Positions 61,386 through 64,000 of a stretch of 64,000 bases of DNA are shown one piece after another (the stretch's first letter is position 1; each line of letters begins with the position of its first letter). A model generated the notes under the pieces. That model worked only from the letters and a program-made list of their open reading frames with translations. It was not told the origin of the DNA and ran no database searches. Source of the DNA: a bacterium (GTDB taxonomy: Bacteria > UBA10199 > 2-02-FULL-44-16 > JAAZCA01); NCBI GenBank assembly GCA_963674695.2, contig CAXXGI010000003.1, positions 736,001 through 800,000 of the forward strand, read 5' to 3'. The position numbers and the translations under genes are program-made.

Positions 61386-64000
61386 TTACAACTGGCGGAG
61401 TTGAATGACGGGCATCATCTGAGGCAATCCCAGCAGATCGAGCGACCCCTGGTGGTCGACCTGAAATTCCAGCCCGGTAAAGACATCTTCATAGACATCG
61501 TTCGGTTCCAATCCTTCGACCACCATTGGACGCGACTCGATGTTCGGATGGAGAAAAACGACAGAGATATGCCGTTTTTTTCCGACACGCTGATAGGCGA
61601 TCGCCTCCTCAGCCTTGACCCCATCGAGTGTGAGCGGCACGTAGGGTCCTTCCACAAACGCCTCCGGATCGCCATTTCGCTCCTGCAACAATGTCGACAT
61701 GATCGCCATCTTGATGCGCCCATCGGTCCAGTGCGTCATCATTTCCTGATAGAGCGCCGCGCGTTTAGCGGAATCATTCGCCTTCTCGAGGGACACCTGC
61801 GTCGATTCCCACAACGCTTCGATATCCGCATAATCGACCGGCCGACGGTTGTCGGGATCGACGAGCGACGTATTCCACGCAAACCCGCCCTGGTAGACAT
61901 CCGGCACACCGGGGGCGGTCAGCTGAAGCGCGACCTGCCCCAAACTCAGCGGCATAGCGACTTCGGCCACAGACGCAGAGAACGCATGCAGCTCCTTGAG
62001 AAATGCCGGGTCCTGAAAGATCGCCTCGATATATCGGGAGACGCCCTGTTCATATGCTTCACACTCCTTGCCCAGACGCGCCAGACGCGCCTGCTCCTCG
62101 GGCGTTTTCCCGTCGGCCGCATCGGGCTTGACCCAGAAGGTACGCTCCTTGGCCTCGCGCAGCGCCTTCATCATGTACGCCTCGATGCGCTTCCGATAGG
62201 CCTGCACCTGATCAACTGATGGCGCTTTCCCCCCGAGAAACTCCGATGGATAGGCCGCCACCATCGTCTGAAACAGAAGCCAGGCATCGCTCTTCTGAAG
62301 CGGAGAGACCGCATCCAGATGCCGCTCGTTTTGCGACCACATCTTCCCCATCCACGCTGACCAGTCCTGTGACATATGGGTGAGCGCGGAAATACGCATG
62401 CGCGCATCGATGCCGCGCTTGGTATCATGTGTACTCTGCGTCGCGATCGAATACGGCAGAATGCGTGAACGACGCTCCATCGCTTCATGGTAACCATGCA
62501 CGGAACCAAGCGTCATCGGTTCACCGCCCACCTCGTTGAGCGTACCGATCACGACATTGCGATAGAGGGCGGTATCCTCGAACCCCTTGGCTTTCAGCGG
62601 CCCGGTCAGGCGCTGAAAGAGCATGACGAATTCAATGCCCCCCGCGACTGCCCGCGGATCCAAAAGAAGCGCACGAAGGCGCTCGATCTCCGGCTTCAGC
62701 TCCTTGCAATGCGCAATGGCGGCATCGCACGCTGTATCGATGTGACGACGATCGATTGCAGAAACCTTCCCACTGCGAGGGGTATAGGTCCGATAGACGG
62801 GAAAGTGCGCCATCACCTCCGTGAGCGCCTCGGCGAGTTGCATACACGTCTGCGTCTCACTTGCTTTAAACACCTCGAGAAGCTTCCGACGACAACGATC
62901 GAATTCCGGATGGAGTTCAAACGGTGAATGCATCACGGTGAGATTGGATTCATACAACAGCTCGGAAAATGACTTCGGCGTTTCGCCGAGAAATCGCTCG
63001 AAATCGGAATGAATCGCCTCCATGCCACCGCGATCAATGCTCAGATCATTCATCTGTTTGATAAAATCATATCCGGTCGTTCCCATGACGCCAGAACGCA
63101 CCCAGGATGCGGGAAGCTGCTCATCCACCCCCAAAATCTTCTCCGCCAGTATAACCGTCCCGGCGCCGCGTTCCAATTCCAGCGCCTGCGAAATCCATTG
63201 AAAATACTGTGTGGGATTGTCCAGGCCATCGGGATGATCGATGCGCCAGGCCACCGGAACCCCACGGTCACTCAGCATCTTGGTCCACCGCAACACGCCC
63301 GCGTGAACCGCATTGAAAACCGGCTTGGATTCGACGCGCACACGAGCGAGCTCCTTGATCGCAAAAAACCGCGCGTAGTTGAGCCCGTCGATCCGCCTCC
63401 AATAATCGAGACGATAATGCTGCTTCTCATGCAGACGCTTCAAAAATGTAGGATCCGCATTGAGTTTCTCGAGCACTCGGTCCATGCCGATCTTGCCGAG
63501 GAAATGCATGCACTCGCGCTCGAGAGCCGCCGCACTCCCCTTCAAACCCGCATTCACATCCACCGCATCCAGGCGACTGCGCAACGAGCGCGCCTGCTCG
63601 ATGACCGCGCGCTTTGACGAACCCAGGAGACCTCGCTTGATGATCGCATCGAGAACAACGACAAGGCTCTCGGGCGCGACCGGATAGGGATTGACGCCAT
63701 AGCAGACGAGCGAGAGCCCCTCCCCCTCGCGATCGACAAGCTGAGCCTGCCCGGCAGCCGCCAGCTCTTCGAACGGGGCCCCCAGAAAATAGAGATTGAT
63801 GCGACCGGCGCCCTCATCCCATTGGATATCAAAGTGATTTGCATAGGCGGATCGCTCCCCCCACCTCAGGACATCCTGCCACCAGGCATTCTCACCGCGC
63901 TCGATCCCCATATGATTGGGAACGAAGTCGATGATCAGACCCATGCGACGCTGAGCGAGGTGCTCGACGAGTTTCTGAAAACCGGCCTCGCCACCGACCT
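61386..64000 (-). CDS. treY: Malto-oligosyltrehalose synthase (5' end outside window)
   Basis: DFVPNHM, NYARFF, RIDHPDGL, EKIL, GTTGYD, AKGFEDTA, STHDTKR, PGVPDVYQG, SLVDPDNRRPVD. Confidence 0.93.
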   Translation of the reverse strand, partial: VGGEAGFQKLVEHLAQRRMGLIIDFVPNHMGIERGENAWWQDVLRWGERSAYANHFDIQWDEGAGRINLYFLGAPFEELAAAGQAQLVDREGEGLSLVCYGVNPYPVAPESLVVVLDAIIKRGLLGSSKRAVIEQARSLRSRLDAVDVNAGLKGSAAALERECMHFLGKIGMDRVLEKLNADPTFLKRLHEKQHYRLDYWRRIDGLNYARFFAIKELARVRVESKPVFNAVHAGVLRWTKMLSDRGVPVAWRIDHPDGLDNPTQYFQWISQALELERGAGTVILAEKILGVDEQLPASWVRSGVMGTTGYDFIKQMNDLSIDRGGMEAIHSDFERFLGETPKSFSELLYESNLTVMHSPFELHPEFDRCRRKLLEVFKASETQTCMQLAEALTEVMAHFPVYRTYTPRSGKVSAIDRRHIDTACDAAIAHCKELKPEIERLRALLLDPRAVAGGIEFVMLFQRLTGPLKAKGFEDTALYRNVVIGTLNEVGGEPMTLGSVHGYHEAMERRSRILPYSIATQSTHDTKRGIDARMRISALTHMSQDWSAWMGKMWSQNERHLDAVSPLQKSDAWLLFQTMVAAYPSEFLGGKAPSVDQVQAYRKRIEAYMMKALREAKERTFWVKPDAADGKTPEEQARLARLGKECEAYEQGVSRYIEAIFQDPAFLKELHAFSASVAEVAMPLSLGQVALQLTAPGVPDVYQGGFAWNTSLVDPDNRRPVDYADIEALWESTQVSLEKANDSAKRAALYQEMMTHWTDGRIKMAIMSTLLQERNGDPEAFVEGPYVPLTLDGVKAEEAIAYQRVGKKRHISVVFLHPNIESRPMVVEGLEPNDVYEDVFTGLEFQVDHQGSLDLLGLPQMMPVIQLRQL

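Overview
GC-rich bacterial chromosome segment whose gene content and order look deltaproteobacterial (Myxococcota/Bdellovibrionota-like; this is inference). The housekeeping backbone comprises partial rsmB, cbiQO, purA, argF, hslUV, xerC, topA, dprA, ihfB, purF, tRNA-Arg(CCT), apt, nlpD, pcm, surE, purMN, folD, gcvT-H-PA-PB and recO. A large alpha-glucan block carries malEFGK, glgP, malQ, two GH13 enzymes, a degenerate glgA and treY. There is also an orphan FlhB/SctU, a Ser/Thr kinase next to an FHA-GGDEF cyclase, and several large orphan proteins. Best lead: six accessory transcription units share an upstream bipartite motif with invariant spacing, CGCAAC-N15-(C/T/G)CGA(T/A)A, resembling a sigma-28/FliA promoter. 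They include the catalytically altered glgA and the operon with the signal-less GH13. This suggests a dedicated regulon of exported or effector-like proteins, possibly linked to type III export and glycogen harvesting (hypothesis). Intergenic DNA is rich in repeats: a 70-bp REP/REPIN-like palindrome family, inverted pairs of 6-9-nt tandem repeats (including a 30x7-mer array), an AGTGGT..ACCACT repeat family, and two truncated four-helix-bundle genes. No CRISPR array, rRNA, transposase or prophage was seen.
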